A stretch of DNA of 43,640 bases from a virus (IMGVR_UViG_3300038988_000505:1-43640); one strand, 5' to 3'. Shown: positions 28,301-35,940, numbered from the stretch's first letter. Notes: a model not told the origin generated them from the sequence alone. A program made the numbers and translations.

Positions 28301-31222
28301 TTCCGGCGGGTGCGGATCGAATGGGAACCGATCAACGACGAATCGTACGACGTCGTGGAGGTGTGGCGCGCTGCGACGAATGACCGCTCCGGAGCCACAA
28401 AGGTCGGAGAGATTCACAGCAACGTCTTTGTGGACGCGAGCGGCCTGTCGATTTCCGCGACGTATTACTACTGGCTGCGGACGCGTTCCATTTTCGGCAC
28501 GTGGTCCGCCTGGGATACGGGCGACACGGCCGGCCACACGGCGACGACCAGCGCGATCAACACGGCGGACCTGGCGGACGATCTGATCCAGGAGGCGCTT
28601 GCCGCCGCCGGGATCGTGCCGCCGAAGGTCGTCTCTTCTTTGCCGGCACTCCCGGACCCGCTGTACCCGGAGGGATCGCAGGTTTACTTGACCGCGGACG
28701 GGAAGCTTTACCGGAACAGGGGGGGCGAAGGGTCCCCTGCGGACGAGTACGCCGACAACCTGGATCGCGCGTCGCTGGGAGCAGAGTATTCCACCGGAAA
28801 CGGGTTCAATCCGCTCTCTATCGAGTCGAACCAGCTGCGGAGTTCCGGCGGGTTCGGAGCTGCTTACCGAAACGACTGGGAGGGTGGAGCGGACCAGTAC
28901 GTCGGCATGCAGCTGAAGACGGCCGGAAACCCCATGTCGGTATCCGCGCGCTGCTCACCGGCCGGCTCCGCGTACGAGTTCTACGTGGTCAGCAACAGTT
29001 TCGGCGCAGGGAAGAATATCGGGATATGGAAAGCGGTGGCGGGAAGCGGCGCCGATGTGGCCACCGGCACAGCGGCGCTTGCCGCCGACGATCAGATCGA
29101 GATCCGCGTCACCGGAACGAATCCGGTCGTGATCAAGGCCTACATCAACGACGTGGAGGTGTTGTCCTACTCGGACAACGCCTCGGATCGACTCCTTGAC
29201 GGGGCTCCGGGCTGGGCCATATACGGTACAACCGCCAGAGCGGACAACCTCGCGTGGGGAAATTTCGGGACCCCGGACACGGGTGGATGGACGGCCGAGG
29301 TCGACGGCGCGGACCTGAAAGCCAATTCCGTTACCGCCGGCCAGCTCGCCGTTGGAGCCGTCGGAGCAGACCAGGTTGCCGCGAATGTCATTGCGGCGAA
29401 GCATCTCGTGGTCGCGGACTATACGAACGCGGTCGTCAATCCGATCTACGCCGGCGGCGACACCAGCCACTGGGCGCTCTCGGCGGGCACGGGGACCGTG
29501 ATCGCAAAGGGAACGTCGGGCGTGCCGTCCGACGCGCCGACCGATTACGTGTGCCGATTGCCGGCCAGCTCGTACGCCGGGTGTCCTCAGGGCGGCTCGG
29601 AGTATATCGACTGCTCCCCCGGGGAGGAGTATTACGTGTCGGCGGAGTGCGCCTCCGATGCGGACGTCAACGGCAATATTACCGTCGGAGTCCAGTGGCT
29701 GGATAAGGACGGCACGTACATATCCAATACGGCGGCAGCCACTCGTTCCGGGGTGTCGGCCGCGTGGGGAAAGATCGGCGGCATTCTGGTGGCACCCGCC
29801 ACCGCTCGGCGGTTCGTGTTTCTCGCTCAGAACCACGGCACCACCGGGAACTGGTATTTCACGCAGGCGCGCGTCCGTAAGGCTGCCGGCGGCGCAATGG
29901 TCGTCGAAGGCGCCATCACAGCGGATAAAATCGCGACCGATCAGACCCTGACCCAGGATCTTTACCTTGGCGGTTCCGAATTCCATCTGGACGGGCCGAA
30001 CAAGAAGATGACGGTGAGCAGCGGTGGCGTCGAGCGGGTTTCCATCGGGAAATACGACGGAACCAACTACGGGCTGCGCCTGCGGGACGCCTCCGGGAAC
30101 ATCACGCTTGAGACTGGTGACACCCTTCAGCAGGAGTACATGAAGGTCAACAAAATGGGTGTCATCCAGAACGTCTGCTATCCCCAATGGCCTTTCCCGC
30201 AGGATGATTTCAGCGCCTGGCTCAGCGGGACTTGGGATCGAGTTCACTTCGTCGGAACGAGGGGGGACACGAATAACCTGTTGTGGGCCACCACCTGTCC
30301 TGATGGTAGCTACTGTCAAGGTGGAGCCATTGCGAACCCTGACATCCTGATCAATAGCGAGTATACCCTCGAGCGTGGCGGAATCTGCGCGGTCTACCTT
30401 TCGGATTACAAGAGGCTCGGGGTGGTGTGTGCCTACGCATCCGGCGCGGATGGCTTCATATTTAAAGAGATTAATACGACCACTAAAGGCGTTGCGATTG
30501 ACACCGTGAACTTGAGCATCGGTGATGGGGCGGGGAATTATAACTACCCTTCCATCTCTAAGCGGAGTGCGAACACTTATTATCTTTGGTGGATCAACCC
30601 GACCACCGGATATTTAAGAGTCGCAGCAAAATTGTATAACACCTCCAGCGGTCTCTACGCTGCAGCTCAGAACTTGCTCTCCCTGTCCGCTTATGGAGCA
30701 GCAGCGAGCAACTGGACAATCGTCGGGGCGTTCGGTGCGTCGATATTCCTCTACGACAGCGCGAACAAGAAGGTCTGGAGGGCGACACTCCAGGGGTCTA
30801 CAACCTTTTCCTTGGCGTACATGGTGGAGTTCCCTGCCAGCTACCCCACGGGGACCATCATCGATGTCGCCGTCTACGCCAATGCGGTTGGTACGGGGAT
30901 CGCTTCCGTGCAGTGGTGCACGGCTTCCGGAGACAGGATTGTTGCCTACGCGACTACCAATACGGCAGCAACCATCATTGGGCAGGGGAACACCCATGTC
31001 GACGGGGCTGACAGGGCAGTGTCGTGCCTCTTCAGGACTGCTCTTGGTCCTCTTGGCGTCAGCTCTTCCGCCGACTCCCTCTTGGTCCCTTACGGAAGGA
31101 GCATGCCGCGCGATCCCGATGCCACCACGGGGAAACGGTTCGCCCAGTTCGGTCTGGTGAATATATCGTCCATCGCCAACGCGACCTTGGAGACGTGTTT
31201 CCAGAGAACGAGCATGGTTTAG
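25367..31222 (+). CDS. lambda gpJ-like central tail fibre / host specificity protein (~1950 aa)
   Basis: DLICEGPI.GLV, YTGTWDGTF..AWTDNPAW, QARR.GKW.L, Fn3 repeats, variable C-terminus; start at 25367 GTG or 25379 ATG. Confidence 0.92.
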   Translation: MTTGMTKQPFAIAGAGGGGKSGGGGSSTPREDPDSLQSQALARGIDLICEGPIVGLVDGPQSVFVDGTPLAGPNHLEEGEPQYNFSGISIATRLGTQDQTYIGAGPGEPAIPSVESETDVSVEITQASSATHQITDTGADSVRIRLGFPTLSEVDVSNGDTHGSTVQMRIDLQKSGGDFVAQPVGMAYSAMTLTGGYLVNGVAAKSFLVRVAYSRVHYDEDTPGDSHFTYAIQYRANGATDWITYEQKTIAPPSSHSSKSTATTVSTVTLPSSGIWNIRAVKISGAPSLKSFQGAAMVPSTTITVSGKTMSEYERAYTIPLEAGTGPWNVRVTRLTADSTTQYVQNASWWKSYTLVRNEKFTYPHSALVGFTVDSSQFSSIPTRAYDMKFLIVKVPSNYDPITRQYTGTWDGTFVLAWTDNPAWCFYDLATNNRYGLGKHIAAELLDKWFLYEIGRYCDELVPSGYLDDSGNAILEPRFTLNCYIQTRTEAYKLLNDLASVFRGMAYWAGGSIMVVQDSPADPEMMFTAANVVDGVFQYTSSSKRARHTVALVRWNDPTNMCKQAVEYVDDEEGIGRYGINQTETTAFGCISRGQARRFGKWILYSELNEREMVTFRTGFDGTYLRPLSVFGVSDPNRAGRRVGGRVVEATTTVVTLDAPVTIESGKTYTLSVILEDGSLEDRAVSNAAGSHTEIVVASAFSSAPAPDAIWVLKASDLTVTLWRALSITEPKKGILEIVGLSHYPGKFDLVEQGVKFAEIPTSYITPESHQILPPTGLTLAEEAYGIQGGVVAYRLVASWTPSVSTNVIGYQVSYRHVGDNWTTLPNQAMLSATIDNVQVGNYEVRVRALNDRGLYSAYETAEITVTHTGNGLPAIASPLFTTSRCTYTDKIQLVWSPVGSDALAYYEVRTDTNWGVDDSGLVYRGLATTFTMKPTGAASYTFHIKSYDRQGNFSITYDSITLTYTVPAPAFVSCEGGFRRVRIEWEPINDESYDVVEVWRAATNDRSGATKVGEIHSNVFVDASGLSISATYYYWLRTRSIFGTWSAWDTGDTAGHTATTSAINTADLADDLIQEALAAAGIVPPKVVSSLPALPDPLYPEGSQVYLTADGKLYRNRGGEGSPADEYADNLDRASLGAEYSTGNGFNPLSIESNQLRSSGGFGAAYRNDWEGGADQYVGMQLKTAGNPMSVSARCSPAGSAYEFYVVSNSFGAGKNIGIWKAVAGSGADVATGTAALAADDQIEIRVTGTNPVVIKAYINDVEVLSYSDNASDRLLDGAPGWAIYGTTARADNLAWGNFGTPDTGGWTAEVDGADLKANSVTAGQLAVGAVGADQVAANVIAAKHLVVADYTNAVVNPIYAGGDTSHWALSAGTGTVIAKGTSGVPSDAPTDYVCRLPASSYAGCPQGGSEYIDCSPGEEYYVSAECASDADVNGNITVGVQWLDKDGTYISNTAAATRSGVSAAWGKIGGILVAPATARRFVFLAQNHGTTGNWYFTQARVRKAAGGAMVVEGAITADKIATDQTLTQDLYLGGSEFHLDGPNKKMTVSSGGVERVSIGKYDGTNYGLRLRDASGNITLETGDTLQQEYMKVNKMGVIQNVCYPQWPFPQDDFSAWLSGTWDRVHFVGTRGDTNNLLWATTCPDGSYCQGGAIANPDILINSEYTLERGGICAVYLSDYKRLGVVCAYASGADGFIFKEINTTTKGVAIDTVNLSIGDGAGNYNYPSISKRSANTYYLWWINPTTGYLRVAAKLYNTSSGLYAAAQNLLSLSAYGAAASNWTIVGAFGASIFLYDSANKKVWRATLQGSTTFSLAYMVEFPASYPTGTIIDVAVYANAVGTGIASVQWCTASGDRIVAYATTNTAATIIGQGNTHVDGADRAVSCLFRTALGPLGVSSSADSLLVPYGRSMPRDPDATTGKRFAQFGLVNISSIANATLETCFQRTSMV

Positions 31223-31252
31223 GGTGCATACAACACGGAGGAGGATATAGCC

Positions 31253-31471
31253 ATGAGACCGAATCCCTTCGAAGGCTTTAAGATTTCCGACCAGGACGTC
31301 ACCGGCGACCCGAAATACTATGGGTTCGTCAACCACCAGGGCGAGTGGTACATCCTCAAAGAAGACGCCGCCGCCGGCACGTTCCGGTACTGCATGGGCG
31401 CCAGCGGCTACGCTGTCGCGTGGGCGGCGCGCACCACGCAGACCTACGTGCTCTACAGCGAGGTGATCTGA
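31253..31471 (+). CDS. small hypothetical tail-associated protein
   Basis: GGAGGAGG SD; YYGFVN..GEWYI.KE. Confidence 0.7.
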   Translation: MRPNPFEGFKISDQDVTGDPKYYGFVNHQGEWYILKEDAAAGTFRYCMGASGYAVAWAARTTQTYVLYSEVI

Positions 31472-31472
31472 C

Positions 31473-33332
31473 ATGGGATACCGCCTGAATCCGTTTACCG
31501 GAGACCTGGTCCCCTTTTCCGACGCCGCCGACCTGGGCCTGAACGACGGCACCAACCGGATCGGCACGCCCGGCGAGGTGGGGTTCGGGGTGGGAATCTG
31601 TCCCGCGGCCTCGGTTCCTCCGGGCATGACGCCGATGGACGGCTGCTTCGTCCAGACCTCCCCGAACTACGGCAACTACCAGTTCCGGGACGGCTCGGTG
31701 ATGGTCTGGATCCCGAAGTTCTTCTACCGGATCCATGCCTGGGGCCCGACGATCACCGCGGCTACGAAAGCCAACCCCTGCCAGCTCACGGCGGCTGGCC
31801 ACGGCCTGGTCACCGGCAACAAGATCTTCGTGGCCGAGGTCGGCGGGATGACGGCGCTCAACGGGCTGGTGTACACCGTCACGCGGGTTGACGACGACAA
31901 TTTCACGCTCGACGGCGTGGACTCCTCGGCGTACGGGACGTTTACCTCGGGCGGGTCGTTCGTCAAGGGCGTCGGAGCGGCGTACGAGTTCAACCGAACG
32001 CTGGCCACGCACCTGCGCAACTCCGTCTCCGTCGTGGGCGTGGAGACCTTCTCTACCGTGGCCGCGGCCAACGCGATGGGGTACGCCCTGCACCGGGCGT
32101 TCGTCGACGGCGGGGTCGAGCAGCTGGGATTCTTCGTGGATAAGTATAAGTGCAGCAAGCGCGCCTGGGGCACAGGGTTCATCGCGTCCAGCATCAAGGA
32201 CGGGGCTCCCCTCTCCTCGGGGTCCGCGCACAACCCGTTTGCCGATCTGACCGGTGGCGCGAACGCCTACTACAGCGCGATCGACCTGGCGCATCGCCGG
32301 GATGGTTTCAACGGGGCGCTTCCCGCAGCAGGCTCGAGCTTTTTCGCGGTCTCGATCTTCATCCGGGCCGCCCTGGCGCTGCTTTCCCTGGCCCACGGCC
32401 AAGCCTCCCAGAACGATACGGCCTGCGCCTGGTACCACGCCACCTACAACTTCCCGAAGGGATGCAATAACAACGCCCTGAAAGACGCCAACGATTCGGC
32501 CGTGGTGTACGTCTCCGACGGCTACTCCAACTGCGGCCGGACCGGCTCGGCCACGGCGTTCGCCAAGGCGACGCACAATGGGCAGCTGAACGGCGTCGCG
32601 GACCTCAACGGCCTGATGCACGAGGTGGCGATCGGCGCCACCTGCATCGCCACCACCAAGGCGATCACCGGCGCCACTCAGGCCAACCCGTGCGTGATCT
32701 CCTGCGCAGGGCATGGGTATCAGGCCGGGGACGTCGTGATGATCACCTCCGTCGTCGGCATGACGCAGCTGAATGACAAGCTCTACACCGTGGCCAATCC
32801 GGGTGCGGACAGCTTCGAGCTGTCCGGGGTGGACTCCAGCGGGTACACCGCCTATACCTCCGGCGGCACGCTGACCAAGGGCACCTTCTACACGGCCAAG
32901 GAAGCGACAGCCATGAAGGATTTCACGAAGGGCAACACGGGGCCGACCGACCACTGGGGGGCGGCCGGCGTGGCCGCGCTGATGGAGGCGTTCACGCCTC
33001 CGTTCAAAACCGCCTCTGGGGCGGTGACGGGCGCCTGCGCGGAGCGGATGGGGTCCGGCACCAACCAGGTCCTGTCCGAAGCCGTATCCGGAGCGGGCTG
33101 GAAGCTGGCCGGGATGGGATTCCCGAAGGACGGCAGCGGCATCGATCCGACGGGGGTCAACATGTTAGGGACGGATTATTTCTACCAGTACGTGAGGAAC
33201 GAGATGTGCCTGATCGCCGGCAACTACTGGAGCAACGGCTCGGGTGCGGGTGTCTGGGCCGTGTTTTGGGGCAGCGGTCGGTCCGACTCGTACAACACCG
33301 TGGGCTTGCGCGCGGCCTGTTACCCTGTTTGA
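31473..33332 (+). CDS. DGR target protein: tail fibre/adhesin with C-terminal C-type-lectin-fold variable region
   Basis: 3' end is the VR; VMVWIPKFFYR, GFFVDKY, VADLNGLMHE (GN.WEW-like), G.W...S.AGVW...S...VGLRA motifs. Confidence 0.92.
   Translation: MGYRLNPFTGDLVPFSDAADLGLNDGTNRIGTPGEVGFGVGICPAASVPPGMTPMDGCFVQTSPNYGNYQFRDGSVMVWIPKFFYRIHAWGPTITAATKANPCQLTAAGHGLVTGNKIFVAEVGGMTALNGLVYTVTRVDDDNFTLDGVDSSAYGTFTSGGSFVKGVGAAYEFNRTLATHLRNSVSVVGVETFSTVAAANAMGYALHRAFVDGGVEQLGFFVDKYKCSKRAWGTGFIASSIKDGAPLSSGSAHNPFADLTGGANAYYSAIDLAHRRDGFNGALPAAGSSFFAVSIFIRAALALLSLAHGQASQNDTACAWYHATYNFPKGCNNNALKDANDSAVVYVSDGYSNCGRTGSATAFAKATHNGQLNGVADLNGLMHEVAIGATCIATTKAITGATQANPCVISCAGHGYQAGDVVMITSVVGMTQLNDKLYTVANPGADSFELSGVDSSGYTAYTSGGTLTKGTFYTAKEATAMKDFTKGNTGPTDHWGAAGVAALMEAFTPPFKTASGAVTGACAERMGSGTNQVLSEAVSGAGWKLAGMGFPKDGSGIDPTGVNMLGTDYFYQYVRNEMCLIAGNYWSNGSGAGVWAVFWGSGRSDSYNTVGLRAACYPV
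33204..33319 (+). repeat. DGR variable repeat (VR)
   Basis: 116-bp ungapped match to 33782-33897 with 15 mismatches, all opposite TR adenines. Confidence 0.97.
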
Positions 33333-33356
33333 CCGAGCGGTAGCGAGGTGCCTTTG

Positions 33357-33761
33357 ATGGGCATTCACAGCGAGGCAAAACTGCACAGGCGGTTCGTGGA
33401 GTTCGCGAAGCTGCTGAACGTCTATCTGAACCACTTTCCCAGGTACGAGAAGTTCGCCCTAGCCAACCGGATCCGAAACACCGCCTATGAAGTGTTCGAC
33501 CTGATCACGGAGAGCCAGAAGCGCTACACCAAGAAAACGACGCTGACCGCCCTGGATATCGCGCACGAGCAGCTGCGGATGCAGATCCTGCTGGCGCACG
33601 AGCTGGGGTATTTCGGGTACAGCGACGGCCGACGGAAGGAGGAGGGGGCCGCGGGAGACCAAGGGGCGCACCGGTACCTGGCTATCAGCCGGGGCGTTGA
33701 CGAGTTGGGCAGGATGATCGGGGGCTGGATCGCCTCGATCAAGGAAGAAAACCGATGGTAG
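33357..33761 (+). CDS. avd: DGR accessory variability determinant (four-helix bundle)
   Basis: FPRYEKFALANRIR, L..LDIAHEQLR, ELGRMIGGWI; between VR and TR; ATG 33357 follows GAGGTG (alternative GTG 33348). Confidence 0.92.
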   Translation: MGIHSEAKLHRRFVEFAKLLNVYLNHFPRYEKFALANRIRNTAYEVFDLITESQKRYTKKTTLTALDIAHEQLRMQILLAHELGYFGYSDGRRKEEGAAGDQGAHRYLAISRGVDELGRMIGGWIASIKEENRW

Positions 33762-33781
33762 TAAACGGGTGCCATATCGAC

Positions 33782-33897
33782 ATGTGCCTGATCGCCGGCA
33801 ACAACTGGAACAACAGCTCGAATGCGGGTGTCTGGGCCGTGAATTGGAACAACAATCGGTCCGACTCGAACAACAACGTGGGCTTGCGCGCGGACTG
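33782..33897 (+). ncRNA. DGR template repeat (TR)
   Basis: 12 AAC/AAT codons, 29 adenines; invariant template for the VR. Confidence 0.97.
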
Positions 33898-34026
33898 CGG
33901 TTTCCCCTCGAACCCCGGACCGGGGATGGTGGAACCACAGGGATATGGCATCCGGCCTTGGGCGAAATCACCGATGGGCCCCCTTTTTGGTAGGGAAACC
34001 GAAGATCAGGGGGTCTGTACCCAGCA

Positions 34027-35049
34027 ATGAAACGGCACGGTAACCTCTTCGAGCTCGCCTTCTCCGCGGAGAGCCTGTATCAGGCGTTTCTGGACGCCCG
34101 CAGGAGCAAGCGTAACAAGCGGGGCCCCTTCGAGTTCGAGCGGTCCCTGGGGACGAACCTGGCCGACCTGTGAGCGGAGCTGCTCTCGGGCTCGTATGCT
34201 CCCCGGAAGTGCTACGAGTTCGTGGTGTACGAGCCCAAGCGTCGCGTGATCCACGCGCCGGCGTTCCGCGACACGGTCGTCCAGCACGCGGTCTACCGGG
34301 TGGTCTACGACATCTTCGACCGCTCGTTCATCGACACCTCGTTCGCCTGCCGGTTCGGGTACGGGACGCACAGGGCGGCCGCCTACGTCCGGGAGGCGAT
34401 GCGGCACTGCCGGGGAGACGAGTACTGCCTGCAGATGGACGTCCGGAAGTTCTTCTACTCGATCGACCGTCAGATCCTGCGTGGCCTGGTCGAGCGGAAG
34501 ATCAAAGACGTTCGGATGGTCGATACGATGCTGCAGTTCGCGCAGCTGGACGCTCCCGCGGGGATCCCGATCGGGAATCTGCTGAGCCAGCTGCACGCGC
34601 TGATCTACTTGAACCCGCTGGATCATTACGTCAAGCGGGAGCTGAAGATCCGCCACTACGTCCGCTATGTGGACGATTTCCTAGCTATCGGTCTCTCTCG
34701 GCCGGCGGCCCTCGAGGCGCGCGGGCAGATCACGGAGTTCCTGCGGGAGCGGTTGCACCTGGAGATCTCGAAGGCCACGATCCAGCAGGTGCGGCGCGGG
34801 GTGAACTTCTGCGGATACCGGACCTGGCGGTCCGTGACGGTCATCCGCAAGCGCAGCCTCTATAAGTTCCGGCGCGCGGTCCAGGCAGGGCGCCAGGAAA
34901 GCGCGGCCTCCCTTCTGGGGCACGCCGAGAGGACGAACAGCCTGCCGTACATGCTGAACCTGATGAAGGAGGGCATCCGAAATGGCAAAACTCTACAGAT
35001 ACCGAAAGGTTACAGACGCCTATACCACGCACTGCCTGCGCGAGCCTGA
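34027..35049 (+). pseudogene. DGR reverse transcriptase with a single in-frame TGA at codon 49 (34171-34173)
   Basis: MKRHGNLF start, YEPKRR.I.AP.FRD.VVQHA, D.RKFFYSID, GIPIGNLLSQ, YVRYVDD, GVNFCGY; frame continuous across the TGA. Confidence 0.9.
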
Positions 35050-35479
35050 ACCGGGCGCCGGCGAGGCCGCGCGCGTGACGGAGCTGGCCACGATCGACGG
35101 TGTGACGTACGTCTCCGTCCCGGACGGCGTGGCGCTGCCGACGCAGCCCAAGCAGATCGCCCTCGAGGCGGTCGATCCTGCGGACAAGGCGATGGACCAG
35201 GTGCGCTCCGCCTCACCGCACGTGCAGCTGATCAACCAGAGGGTGGTGGCCAAGATCCGAGAGAGGTACAGCATGGACGATGAGTTCAAGATGCTGCGAA
35301 TAGGACCGTCGGCCGAGACCGAGGCGTACAACGACCACGTCGAGGCGGCCCGGACGTGGGGGCGGACGGAGAAGGAAAAGCTGGGCTTGACGGTGCCGGC
35401 GGTCACGGAAGCGTGGCTGACGCTGGCAAAGAACCCGACGGCGGTAGACTCGGCCGAGGTGGTCAGTAAAGCGACTTAG
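34982..35479 (+). CDS. hypothetical protein, last prophage gene
   Basis: AAGGAGG SD; overlaps the RT 3' end by 68 nt. Confidence 0.7.
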   Translation: MAKLYRYRKVTDAYTTHCLREPEPGAGEAARVTELATIDGVTYVSVPDGVALPTQPKQIALEAVDPADKAMDQVRSASPHVQLINQRVVAKIRERYSMDDEFKMLRIGPSAETEAYNDHVEAARTWGRTEKEKLGLTVPAVTEAWLTLAKNPTAVDSAEVVSKAT

Positions 35480-35528
35480 CGTTCGACTTATATGTAGGAA
35501 GACATCCTGGTCTTTGACATCTGATTAA

Positions 35529-35575
35529 CTGCCAAACCGCGCGCAAATCGCTGCCAAACCGCGCGCCAAGCAACA
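35529..35575. repeat. prophage right end: two 16-bp transposase-binding repeats and terminal CA
   Basis: CTGCCAAACCGCGCGC at 35529 and 35551 (22-bp period), then CAAGCAACA; reverse strand starts TGTTG. Confidence 0.8.
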
Positions 35576-35609
35576 CCGCTTCGAATCCTTCCCGGCACAT
35601 CGGAAATGA

Positions 35610-35641
35610 AACAGGCCAGGGGATTTCTCCCCTGGCCTGTT
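35610..35641 (-). terminator. intrinsic terminator of the tRNA cluster
   Basis: Perfect 14-bp stem AACAGGCCAGGGGA/TCCCCTGGCCTGTT; GAAA loop and U-rich tail on the minus strand. Confidence 0.85.
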
Positions 35642-35649
35642 GGCGTCGA

Positions 35650-35726
35650 TGGTGGGCCATGAAGGATTCGAACCTTCAACCTCCTGATTAAGAGTCAGCT
35701 GCTCTGCCGGGTTGAGCTAATGGCCC
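35650..35726 (-). tRNA. tRNA-Lys(CTT)
   Basis: GGGCCATTAGCTCA...CTGACTCTTAATCAG...GGTTCGAATCC...CCA. Confidence 0.97.
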
Positions 35727-35755
35727 ACGCTGCAAAGAACGGAAATAGACCGCTC

Positions 35756-35785
35756 ATGATATAAAACAACCGTGCCGTCTGTCAA
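35756..35785 (-). promoter_or_regulatory. sigma70 promoter upstream of tRNA-Lys
   Basis: TTGACA-18 bp-TATCAT on the minus strand. Confidence 0.6.
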
Positions 35786-35854
35786 ATCCTGTCGAATCGT
35801 CCGCTCGGCGGCGGCCTGGATTCGACTCCTCAAGGAGCGCGACACCCCAAAAAA

Positions 35855-35929
35855 TGGCGCGCCTGGGAGGAATCGAACCTCCGCACCCGGCTCCGGAGGC
35901 CGGTGCTCTATCCCCTGAGCTACAGGCGC
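35855..35929 (-). tRNA. tRNA-Arg(CCG)
   Basis: GCGCCTGTAGCTCAG...CCGGCCTCCGGAGCCGG...GGTTCGATTCC...CCA. Confidence 0.97.
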
Positions 35930-35940
35930 ATTCAAAAAAG

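Larger units (their letters stand above)
1..35575 (+). mobile_element. Mu-like transposable prophage (left end outside window) with lambda-like non-contractile tail and a DGR
   Basis: MuA/MuB/Gam/Mor early genes, Mu-type portal-F-G-I head order, tail genes, and a terminal CA preceded by 22-bp-spaced repeats at 35529-35575. Confidence 0.95.

Noticed and set aside
25367-31222. Second DGR variable repeat in gpJ or another gene
   Set aside because: No additional match to the TR found by eye within the window
33782-33897. AAC-rich repeats as a microsatellite or CRISPR array
   Set aside because: Fully explained as the DGR template repeat; no repeat-spacer periodicity anywhere in the window
34171-34173. 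Selenocysteine or genome-wide TGA recoding
   Set aside because: TGA is the normal stop for many genes here; the position is not a Cys-type site and no convincing SECIS was seen
34027-35049. RT as a group II intron, retron or Abi RT
   Set aside because: Short RT with avd and a TR/VR pair and the GNLLSQ motif; no maturase/endonuclease domain or msr-msd
35576-35726. Integrase-mediated insertion at tRNA-Lys (attR)
   Set aside because: No integrase in the window; the element has a DDE transposase and Mu-type end repeats and stops outside the tRNA and its terminator
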